Shown one piece after another: positions 1 to 11,420 of a DNA stretch of 64,000 nt. This DNA comes from the human T2T-CHM13v2.0 reference genome, Homo sapiens: assembly GCF_009914755.1 (NCBI RefSeq), contig NC_060929.1; one strand, given 5' to 3'. Under the pieces are notes generated by a model that worked only from the letters and a program-made list of their open reading frames with translations, had not been told where the DNA came from and made no database searches. Position 1 is the first letter of the stretch, and each line of letters begins with the position of its first letter. Made by a program: the position numbers and the translations under genes.

Positions 1-270
1 CTGTCGCCCAGGCTGGAGTGCAGTGGCGCAATCTCGGCTCACTGCAGGCTCCGCCCCCTGGGGTTCACGCCATTCTCCTGCCTCAGCCTCCCGAGTAGCT
101 GGGACTACAGGCGCCCGCCACCTCGCCCGGCTAATTTTTTTTTTGTATTTTTAGTAGAGACGGGGTTTCACCGTGTTAGCCAGGATGGTCTCGATCTCCT
201 GACCTCGTGATCCGCCCGCCTCGGCCTCCCAAAGTGCTGGGATTACAGGCGTGAGCCACCGCGCCCGGCC
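1..270 (-). mobile_element. AluY, AluYe5-like; tail cut by window edge
   Basis: Reverse-complement Alu ending ...gagccaccgcgcccggcc. Carries GGGCGAGGTGG and AACCCCAGGGGGCGGAGCCTGCAG (sense), which I recall as Ye-lineage diagnostics. Most CpGs are intact. Confidence 0.93.
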
Positions 271-567
271 TGACTTGAATTCTTAATAGGCACTGGAAAG
301 ACTAATAATGAACAGCAGAGAGATGATTCAGACGATGTTTAAATAACTCAGGAAAAAACGATTGAAGACTAATGTCAATCAGAGAGAAGAGGGAACGACA
401 TGAGTCCCAGAGAGATGACAAATGTGGTATCTAAAAGAACTTCACAACTGTTTATGGGGTGAAAGAAGAATAGTCCACATTAAGATTTCTATAACTAATA
501 ATATTTTAAATTTATTAAAAGAAATTCTCCTAATTCTTCCCAACACATATATGAGTGCTATGATCTA

Positions 568-584
568 TCTCTCTCTCTCTCTCT

Positions 585-632
<48 letters not shown>
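568..632. repeat. (CT)n(CA)n compound microsatellite
   Basis: Directly visible. Confidence 0.97.
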
Positions 633-634
<2 letters not shown>

Positions 635-759
635 TGGCTTCTCCACCTCAATAAAGCACAACCTGATTCTTTCATCTTGTCAGATACTCCAGACTCCTCT
701 CTTTTTCTCTCAACATGCTTAGATCCAGCAGGACAATAACAATCTCTGTCTCCAAAACA

Positions 760-1620
760 CAGTGAAAATTGGTCTTTCTCAATGATGCAACAGCCACTTT
801 GGTCAATGCCTCCATTGCTTCTCAACTGGACACAGTTGATACCTTCCTTACTGGTCTTTTTGACTCTTCTCTTTGGTTTCCTGATCTTGTGCTAGGCAGA
901 ATGAACCTCATTCAAACCTCCCATAACGTGTCATCACATCATACAGAGTCAAAACCTAAGTCCCACAAAGCCCCTACAAGGCTTCCTTCCTCCCTCATTA
1001 TGCCTCCTGCTTGATGCTTCATCACTCTTCCCTTATTTCTCTGTAGCAAGGTGGACTTCTTCTTGTTTTTCTAACATGCTAAGTCTCTATTCCCCCAGGA
1101 CTTTTGCATTTGTTTCTTTTACCAGTTATAAAAGCCCCACATATTCACACAGTTAATTTCCTTCAGTTATTCACTTCAGTTATTCACTGTTATTTCCTTC
1201 AGACTTTTTCTTTTATCTCAACTTTATTATTATTATTGTATTGTTGTTATTGTCATTATTTTTGTGGAGACAGGGTCTTGCTCTGTTGCCCAGGGTAGTC
1301 TTGAACTCCCAGCCTCAAGTGATCCTCCCACCTTGCCCTCCCAAAACTTTTCTTTAAGGTCACATTCCCAATGAGGACATTTCTGAGACTTTCACTATCC
1401 TATTACTCTATAAGTCCCAGGGACACCTTAGCTTTGTTTTTCTTATCAGCATCTGAAAATATGCATACTTCAACTTATTTATTTGATTATTTTCAGAGTC
1501 TTATCACTTAAATGGATAGGAACTTTTATCTGTGTCTTTCACTGCTGTATTTTCAGAACTGGAAGAGTGTCTGAAACATAGTAGAATCTCAGTAACATTT
1601 GTTCATCAGAGAAATGAGAG
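760..1620 (+). mobile_element. Degraded L2 3'-end fragments
   Basis: L2-like phrases, e.g. 'tctttcactgctgtattttcagaactggaagagtgtctgaaacatagtagaatctcagtaacatttgtt'. Boundaries approximate. Confidence 0.55.
1255..1346 (-). mobile_element. Old Alu monomer (FLAM/AluJ-type fragment)
   Basis: 'gagacagggtcttgctctgttgcccagg...gtgatcctcccaccttgccctcccaaa'. Confidence 0.8.
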
Positions 1621-1869
1621 TTAAAGCATGCACCAGGCAACTGAAAAGTATGTCATAAAAATATTAAAGCATTATGAACAAAGACATTAACACTACTTTT
1701 CATTGGTGTGTTACTTTACATTATGAAAGAATATTCTTAAAAATGATTTCATTTACTTTTAACAAAACTTGGTCTTACAGAAAGAAAGCTAAGCAGAAGG
1801 GTTTGTGTAGAGGAAAAATTTTTTGTAATTAAAATAATGGTGAGTATAATGAATAAAATTATGTACTAT

Positions 1870-2122
1870 TGAGAGAGGAGGCAATTATGAGCTGGTTGGG
1901 CAGATAGGGAGGGTTTCTTCTCGCCTAGAGGCCATCAAACTTTAGATGATGAGGCAGATGGAACCCCACTTGGACAAGTCCTTCTTCCAAGGCCCACTAG
2001 ACTGCCCTCTGGTGGACCCGACTGCCTCACAAATGATGCCCCCTCTCAGCTCCAAGCAGCTAGTGTGGTCATCTCCCCTTTTCCCCCAACAGCAGTTAGG
2101 ATCACCACTCCAGAGTGGGGAA
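1870..2122 (+). other. Extra LTR head (1870-1912) fused to a copy of the env tail/3' UTR/PPT (1913-2122)
   Basis: 1870-1912 aligns to the LTR starts at 2123 and 13267. 1913-2122 aligns to 13056-13266. Confidence 0.88.
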
Positions 2123-3005
<883 letters not shown>

Positions 3006-3009
3006 ACAG

Positions 3010-3639
3010 AGGTCTCTGCCATGTCCTAGAGACATTTTCCCCCATTGTCTTGGTGATTAACATGTGGCTTGTTACTTATACAAATTTCTGCAGCAGCTTG
3101 AATTTCTCCTCAGAAAATGGGATTTTCTTTTCTATTCACATTGTCAGGCTGCAAATTTTCCAAACTTTTATGCTCTGCTTTCATTATAAAACTCAATGCC
3201 TTTAGCAGCACCCAAGTCGCCTTTAGCAGCATCCAAGTCACCTCTAGAATGCTTTGCTGCGTAGGGTATTTGTCTGTTGCCAGATACCCTAACTCATGGC
3301 TCTCAAGTTCAAAGTTCCACAAATCTCTAGGGCAGGGGCAAAATGACACCAGTCTCTTTGCTAAAACATAACAAGCATCACCTTTGCTCCTGTTCCCAAC
3401 AAATTCCTCATCTCCATCTGAGACCACCTCAGACTGGACCTTATTGTTCATATCACTATCAGCATTTTTGTCAAAGCCATTCAACAAGTCTCTAGAAAGG
3501 TCCAAACATTTTCATATTTTCCTGTTTTCTTCTGAGCCCTCCAAACAGTTCCAACCTCTGCCTGTTACCCAGTTCCAAAGCAGCTTTCACATTTTGGGTA
3601 TCTTTTCAGCAATGCCCCACTCTACTGGTACCAATTTAC
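3010..3639 (-). mobile_element. THE1 (MaLR) internal region, 5' part only
   Basis: THE1-int sequence (ORF track 3110..3505: DLLNGFDKNADSDMNNKVQSEVVSDGDEE...LCPCPRDLWNFELE-type). Joins the LTR via 'ctactggtaccaatttac'. Confidence 0.93.
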
Positions 3640-3996
3640 TTTATTAGTCTGTTTTCACATTGCTGATAAAGACATACCCTAAACTGGGCAATTTACAAAA
3701 GAAAGAGATTTAATTGCACTTACAGTTCCACGTGGCTGGGGAAAACTCACAATCATGGTTGAAGGCAAAGAAGAGCAAGTCAAGTCTTACATGGATGGCA
3801 GTAGACAAAGAGAGAGTGCTTGTGCAGGGAAACTTCCCCTTATAATACTATCAGATCTTGTGAGACCCACCAACCACCAGGAGAACACGATGGGAAAGAC
3901 TTGCCCCCATGATTCAGTTACCTACCACTGGGTCCCTCCAACAATAGGTGGGATTTCAAGATGAGATTTGGGTGGAGGCACAGCCAAACCATATCA
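3640..3996 (-). mobile_element. THE1 LTR (THE1B/C/D type), 5' LTR of the nested element
   Basis: 'tattagtctgttttcacattgctgataaagacataccc...cacagccaaaccatatca', about 357 bp. Confidence 0.95.
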
Positions 3997-4983
3997 ATAC
4001 TCTTCTTTCCATTTGGGCTGTTTCTTTCTTCATGTAAGAACTCAGCACTGTCCAATGAATTTAAGCAGCATCTCTATGAGACAAATTAATTTTCTTCTGT
4101 TAGGAGACACATTGTAGAGACAGCCTATCAAGCCCCAAACCTCTCTTTACAATGTCTGCCTGGAAAGAAAGTATTTGGAGGAAAAGTTACAGCCAAACAT
4201 TTCAATTATTATCAAGCCACGTGATGGGATGGGATTTCTTTCCTTGGGGAGCTTCATCAACCCTCTGGCCAAAACCTTTAGTTTTCCAATTACACACACT
4301 CCTCCGGCCTCTCATCAGGGACCAAGCCTCTTGCCCCATTTGCAAATGGAAAAGTTTACTGTATGATAGGGAAAAAGAAGAAAGCATAGCTAGACAGATG
4401 TTTGCTTCTATGCTGTCTCTGCAGAAGGGAGGGAACCAGTATGAAGGTTACATCCTTTTGAGACATCTGGTATATTTCCAGTTGCAATGGAACTGAAACA
4501 ACAAGGAGGAATATGTTTGGAGGTTAATCATTCCCTTTTTCTGTGATGTCTTGATTTTACCCAATCTCTGACCTGCAAAATGAGTGAAGAATTTAGTGAA
4601 TGGCCTAGAGCACCCCTTCCATTGAGGTTTTTGGCCCACATTCAGCTATTCCAGTGTCTCTTCAGGGCCCCAAGGTGGAAGTCTAAAAAGGCAACTAGGC
4701 TAGGAAGGCAAAGACACCAACAGTGGAGAGCTAGGGCTTTGCCCAGGTACACTTAAAACAAGGTAAGTGTGACTTCCCCTGTTGACTAGCTACTCTGGAT
4801 CCATAGGCAGTACTTATGACAGCCGACAGGAGCCAGGGGATACAGTGAGGGAAAAAGAAGACAGAGGATGCCTATTCTCTCTCTCTCCACCCAAGGACAC
4901 TCTGAATGGGGGAAGCAGACTAAGAGATGCCTTTTCTCCCCTCTCTTTCTGGATAGGCTGCTTTTTCTCCTCTCTCTTTCTAG

Positions 4984-6460
4984 GTGGGTAACATCTTCAG
5001 CCTCCACTCCCCTCAAGTGCCTCCTGAAACACTGGGACTCCTTTGACCCTCAGACTCTAAAGAGAAAATTACTTATATTCTTTTGCACAAAGGCATGGCT
5101 GGCTTACCAGCTAGAGGACAGACAGGTCTTTCCTCCTGAGGGAAGTATTAATTTTAACACCATCCAGCAGCCGGACCTTTTCTGCAAACATGAGCGTAAA
5201 TGGTCTGAGGTCCCATATGTATAAGCCTCCTTTGCTTTGTGGGATAACCCAGACCTCTTTCAATGCTATAGCATTGACTCAGCCCTACTAGCAGTTGTAT
5301 TGTGAGAGGAGCTGCAAGGGACAGTTTTAGTGGACTGGGACAGGGAGGCGGGAATCCCTGGAAATGCCTATAGAGAGGCACTACCTTCTCTATAGGTTCC
5401 CCTGGTCCATCCTGCCCAACTTATCCAGGACTTCCTAGAACCCCGTCAAACTTACCCCATTCTAGGAACCCTCTTTTTAGGTGGCCCCTGGCCTTACTCA
5501 TGCCCCTAGAAAAGATGCCTTGTGAATATGGTCCCATTAAGTTACAGGTCCTCTTTTCTATACAGGACTTAAAACAAATTAAGAGGGATCTTGGTACTCC
5601 GGATAATGCTGATATGTATATAGAAGCTTTCCAGAACTTAACCAAAGTATTTAAACTCTCTTGGAAAGATTTTATGCAACCCTTGAATCAAACCCTGACT
5701 GCTGCTGAAAAATAGGCAGCCCTGCAAGCAGCAGAGAAATTTGAAGACAAACTTTGTGTCTCATACAATGCCAGAAAAGGGGAAGAGTATTATCCAATTG
5801 AGAGGGTAGCAGTGCCCTTGGAGGACTCTAAATGGAACATTGATGAAAGCACCAGAGAATGGAGAAGGAATCTCTTTCTAATGTGTATATTAGAGGGCTC
5901 ACAAAGAACCAGGGCCAAGCTTCTTCATTACTCCAAACTATCTATGATAGACCAGAAACCAGATGAAAATCCTTCAGCCTTTTTGGAAAGGCTGAGAAAA
6001 GCTTTAATAAAACACACCTCCCTGTTTCTCAATTCAAATGAAGGACAACAAATATGAAAGGACAAGTTTATTACCCAGTTAGACAAGTTGTCAGGAAGAA
6101 GCTACAGAAATAAGCCATAGGACCAGATAACACCTTATAAAACCTCCTGAAGGTGGCCACCTCGTCTTTTACAACAGGCACGAGGAGGAGGCTCAGGAGA
6201 AAGAGGAAGCACAAGAAAAAGGCAGAGGCTCTAGTGGCTACTCTGCAGGCCTATAAAACCCAGGAGTCCTGAGCTGCACCTGTTAATTGCTACAGGTGTG
6301 GCAAACCAAGACACTTTAAGAAGGATTGTCCAGGCAGCAAAAGGAAGTCTCCTTGACGCTGTCCAGCCTGTGTTGGGGACCACTGGAAGGCTCACTGTCC
6401 CTGGAGGTTTAGGTCACTGGGTCCAGAGCTAGTCTCACAAATGGTCCAGTAGGATGGATG
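4984..6460 (+). pseudogene. gag: ERV1 gag (stops and frameshifts)
   Basis: [50 protein letters not shown]-like QKPDENPSAFLERL. Two Zn knuckles, CYRCGKPRHFKKDC and CPACVGDHWKAHC (6288-6400), as in the HERV-W/9 group. Confidence 0.92.
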
Positions 6461-6953
6461 GGTCATGGGCTCAACTCCACAGCTCCAATGGCTCAGACTG
6501 CTATTACCATCTAGGAGCCTCAGGTGATTCTGGAGGTTGAAGGGAGGAAGGTGAACTTCCTTCTGGACACTGGAGTGAGCCTTTCTGATCTCCCCTCCAA
6601 TCTGGGCCTTCCTCCTCCTGTAGCATGACCGTGATGAACAACTCAGGAAAGACTTTAATCCGACGTTTTCCTCAACCCATAAGTTGGAGCTGGGTAGAAC
6701 TCTTGTTTACTCAGGCCTTTTGAATCATGCCTGAAAGCCCAACTGCTTTGCTAGGTAGGGATCTCTTAGCTCCTATGGGACTGATCATCCTTATAGATCC
6801 AGAGCAAACACTTTGTCTTCCCCTGGTGGAGACCAACATTAATTCAGAAGTTTGGGAAACTCAAGGAAAAATTGGCAGGGCTACAACCACCATACTGGTT
6901 CAAATCCATCTTACAGCTCCCACATCCTTCCCTAACCAGAGGCAATATCCCCT
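6461..6953 (+). pseudogene. pro: ERV1 protease plus start of RT, cut by the MLT2A insertion
   Basis: VNFLLDTG (6551-6574), MPESPTALLGRDLL, INSEVWETQGKIGRA...FPNQRQYPL. Confidence 0.92.
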
Positions 6954-7474
6954 TGTGATGGTTAATACTGAGTGTCAACTTGATTGGATTGAAGGATGCA
7001 ATATTGATCCTGAGTGTGTCTGTGAGGGTGTTGCCAATGTTGATTAACATTTGAGTCAGTGGACTGGGGAAGGCAGACCCACCCTTAATCGGGTGAGCAC
7101 CATCAAATCAGCAACCAGCGAATATAAAGCAGGTGGAAAAACGTAAAGAGATGAGACAGGCCTAGCCTCCCAGCCTACATTTTTCTCCCATGCAGGGTGC
7201 TTCCTGCCCTCTAACATTGGACTCCAAGTTCTTCAGTTTTAGGACTCAGACTGGCTCTTCTTGCTCCTCAGCTTGCAGACAGCCTATTTTGGGACCTTGT
7301 GATGATGTAAGTTAATATTTAATAAACTCTCCTTTGTATATATAAAGGAAACTCTTTCTAATATATATATTAGAGGGCATATATATATATATATTTATGC
7401 AAACACTAATATAGAACTAATAGGATATGTATATTCTATTAGTTCTGTCCCTCTAGAGAACCCTGACTAATACA
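6954..7474 (+). mobile_element. MLT2A LTR (HERV-L 5' LTR)
   Basis: 'tgtgatggttaatactgagtgtcaacttgattggattgaagg...gaaccctgactaataca' with an internal TA-rich tract. Confidence 0.96.
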
Positions 7475-9310
7475 TATTTTGGTACCAGGAGTGGTTCTGG
7501 ATAACAGAATATTAAGGATGGAGTTCTTTCATTTGTTTTGGGGTTTCTGAAGTTGGCTGCTTAATGTGAGTAGACCCAAAAATGCTAAGGACTCTACTTC
7601 TAGTAGTATGGAGAACACTGATAGTCCTTGATGTGAACTGTTTAGAGAGTCATGCAAAAAAAAAATGCATATGACACTCCTGATTCACTGATCATGAGAA
7701 GCAAGGAGTTTAGTGACTCTACACATAATACCTTTGATCATATTTGGAGGACCAAGGAACATAATGAAGCTGGTTGGTTGCTCCTAAGCTCAGTGGACAA
7801 AGTGATGAATGAAAATGATGAACTCAGTGATTCTGTCTCCTCGCTTCAGAAGCAGATTCTGAGCCTCACATCTGCTAAGATTGCCCTGAGTAAGAGTTTT
7901 GTCTCCTGGAGAGAAAGAGCTGAAATTACGGAAAAACAAACATAAGATTTTATCATATGAGTGGCTGACCTGCAATGAAAGATCCATGCACAGCCTCACC
8001 CGGTGTCTACTGTTAAAGTGAGGGTATTGATTGGAAAAGAATGGGACCCTGCAACTTGGAATGGGGACGTGTGGGAGGACCCTGATGAAGCTGGGGACAC
8101 TAAGTTTGTAAACTCTGATGAACCTATTTTGCCAGAAGGAACAGCTTCCCCATCCCCAGTAATGGCAATACCCCTACCTGACCCATGCTGCCATCAGGCT
8201 TTCCACCTTTGTCTGAGGAGATAAACCCTGTGCTCCCTGAGGGAACAGTGATGGCCTCCCCTGAGGCAGCTGCCAGGCAAGTTAATATTGATTCTCTTCA
8301 GATGCTATCCCTAACACCTCTGTTTGCTTCTACACCCATAACTAAAGTCCCGGCAGGACCCTAGAGGTAAAGTTGAGAGTGTGACCCATGAGGAGGTGCA
8401 CTACACTTGAAAAGAACTGTTTGAGTTCTCTAGATAAACAGCAATCTGGAGAATAGGCATGGGAATGGATAGTAAGAGTGTGGGATAATGGCAGAAGGAA
8501 CATAGAGTTGGATCAGACTGCATTTATTGATTTGGGCTCACTGAGTAGGGACTCTGCATTTAATGTTGCAGGTCAGGGAGTTAAAAAAGGTTCTAATAGT
8601 TTATTTGCTTGGTTAGCTGAAATATGCGTTAAAAGTTGGTCCACCATGAGTGAGCTGGAAATGCTTGACCTCCCTGGTTTAGTGTAGAGTAAGGGATTCA
8701 AAGGCTTAGAGAGATTGTGATGGTGGAGTGGATTAGTCACTTTAGACCTACTCATCCCAGCTGGGAGGGTCCAGAAGATATACCCTTCACCAATGCCTTG
8801 CAGAATAGATTTGTGAGGGCAGCACCTGCGTCTTTGAAGAGCCCTATAATTGCTTTTCTCTGTATGTCAGATCTAACGGTTTGAACTGCAGTCACTCAAC
8901 TAAAATATTTAAACACAATGGGAATAATTGGATCCCGAGGTGGCAAAGGCCAAGTGGCAGCACTCAACCATCAAAGGCAAGGCAAGGTGGGCGTAGCTAC
9001 CATAATGGATAGCAGAGGCAAAGTGGCAATAGAATAGTCTGACACCTGTAGAGCCCTGGCATTGGCTAACTAATCACAATGTTCCTAGAAGTAAAACTGA
9101 TAGGAAGCCTACTGCATTCCTACATACATTATACAAACAGAAAACTTATAGGTTGAATGGACAAAAGACTAATTTGAATTATAAAAACAGAGAATCACAG
9201 CCCCTCAATCACTGTCCAGACTTGAGCCAGTTTACAGACACAGAATCCCTTGAATGAAGGGAATGCCATGTCCCCCTGAGGAAGGACCCCATTACATTAC
9301 CAACAATTCA
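7475..9310 (+). mobile_element. HERV-L internal region (PBS and decayed gag), 3'-truncated
   Basis: PBS-like 'tggtaccaggagtgg' after the LTR. Peptides VRVLIGKEWDPATWNGDVWEDPDE and WDNGRRNIELDQ..FIDLG. Confidence 0.94.
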
Positions 9311-10692
9311 TGCAGATAGTGGTGCAAATATATGTGGCTAGGGAGGACCTCAAAGAAACCCCCTTTGATAACCCAGACTGGATTCTCTTTACAGATGGAA
9401 GTTCTTTTGTAGAACAAGGAGTCCATAAAGCAGGATATACAATGGTCACCCTGAATGACATTATTGAAAGCACACCTCTCTCACTGGACACAAGTGCTCA
9501 ACTGGTTGAGCAAATTGCTCTCACTAGGGTACTTGGATTAAACAAAGAGAAAGCCATTAACATTTACACTGATTCCAAGTATGCTTTCCTAGTCCTCCAT
9601 GCCACTACTGGAAAGAGAGACACTTCCTTACATCTAATGGGTCTACCATTAAATACCATCAGGAAATTGACAAACGAGTATCCTCACTTTTCCTTCCATG
9701 GGAAGTGGCAGTAATACATTGCAAAGTCCACCAAAAGAGGATGGGTAAAATAACCAAAAGAAACAGATTAGCAGACCAAACAGCTAAGTTAGCAGCAAAA
9801 ATGCCCCAGAGTTCCAATGCACTTGAGGAACCTCTGATCTGGAAGGGCTCCATAAAAGAAATAAAACCTTGGTATTCTCCTGCAGAAATAGAATGAGCCA
9901 TCTCTCAAGGATACACTTTTCAGCCCAAAGGATGGCTACTATTGGAGGATGGCAAACTTCCTTTGCCTGCCTCCAGCCAATGGAAAGTTCTTAAAATCCT
10001 TTATCAATCCTTTCACCTAGAAAAGAATAAAACTTACCAATTGGCCCAAAGGCTGTTCTCAGGTGAAAATCTGCTAAATACAGTCAAAGAGGTTATTAAT
10101 GCTTGTGAAATTTGCCTTAAAATTAATCCCCTCAACAGACAGCTTCTCTCCCCTGGAACCCAAAGAATGGGAGGCTACCCAGGGGAAGACTGACAGTCAG
10201 ATTTCACCCCTATGCCAAAGATAAGGGGCATCCAGTATGTCTTGGTATGGGTAGATACCTTTACTAACTGGGTAGAAGCATTCCCATGACAGAAAGAGCC
10301 TCTGAGTTGATAAAGTACTAATTAATACGATAATTACTCACTTTGGACTCCATAAGTACTCCCAGAGCAATAATGGCCCCTTATACAAGGGCTGTCACCT
10401 AGGGGGCCTCAAAAGCACTAAGCATACCATACCATCTTCACTGTGCCTAGAGACTACAGTCCTCGGGAAAGGTAGAAAAGATAAATGATATTATCAAAGG
10501 ACCTCAGAAAAATGTCTCAAGAAACTCATTTCCCTCAGGTCACTCTTCTTCCCATGGCCTTATTATGGGTGAGAAACACCCCTTCAAAGACAGGTTTGAG
10601 CCCCTTTGCCTCCACTAGCTCAGAAGGACACAAAAAAATATCAATGTGAAGAAATTAGAGATCTCAAAATAAAAATTATAAAAGATAAGTAA
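9311..10692 (+). pseudogene. pol: ERV1 pol: RNase H and integrase (internal deletion near 10610)
   Basis: WILFTDGSSFVEQG, NIYTDSKYAF, VIHCKVHQ, degenerate HHCC ...NACEIC, DFTPMPK, WVDTFTNWVEAFP. Ends CEEIRDLKIKIIKDK*. Confidence 0.93.
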
Positions 10693-11420
10693 CATATGGG
10701 GCCTATTGACATTCTTTCTCTGGTGTTACCCATATGACATTTGGTACTTGGTGTCATTGCATTTGTTCTAACTTGCATAGTTAAACCTGTGTGTTGCTGC
10801 CCTTGCCAGCAATTAATCTCTCACCTTTATGAACAGTGAACACTCTCATTGCTAATCCCATCATCTTAGTCCCATTGTATCCCTTATCTGCCAAAGCCAT
10901 TCAATTATCTCCACTTTTCCTCTCACCACTCATCAGTGAATATTGAAACACTTTTTGATGCATTTTTACAGGGAGACTTTCATTACCCATGGAGTCTAAA
11001 TACTAATCTAATAGATCCTTTGGGAGAGGTCAAATATTATTTGGAATCAGACTTCCCAACATCCAATTGGAAATTGGGGTTGTAATTTGTATATTGGGGT
11101 ATATTGGGGTACTATTTTTTATAACTGCTGCTCTGCTTCTGTGGTAATTCTCACGATAAGGCAACTTTGCCAAGGATCCCTTAATCCGGAACACCCAAGG
11201 GATTATTTACTTCCCTAAGCAGCTATTTTTCTGCTAGGATTTAATGTCTTTCACAACGTGAAACAGCTTTAGCCACAACATTGCTTTCAAAGTGATTAGC
11301 CTATTTTGCTTTTTATTCCTGTTTTTTCCCTCTGTAGCTCTTTTTTATTATATCATTTATATTTATTCCAACCATATGCAACTTTCTTAGCTAAGTAATT
11401 GTTTAACGTCTGCTTATATT

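Noticed and set aside
6727-7047. 106-aa protease-RT/MLT2A fusion ORF
   Set aside because: Incidental read-through into the inserted LTR; it lacks the catalytic DTG.
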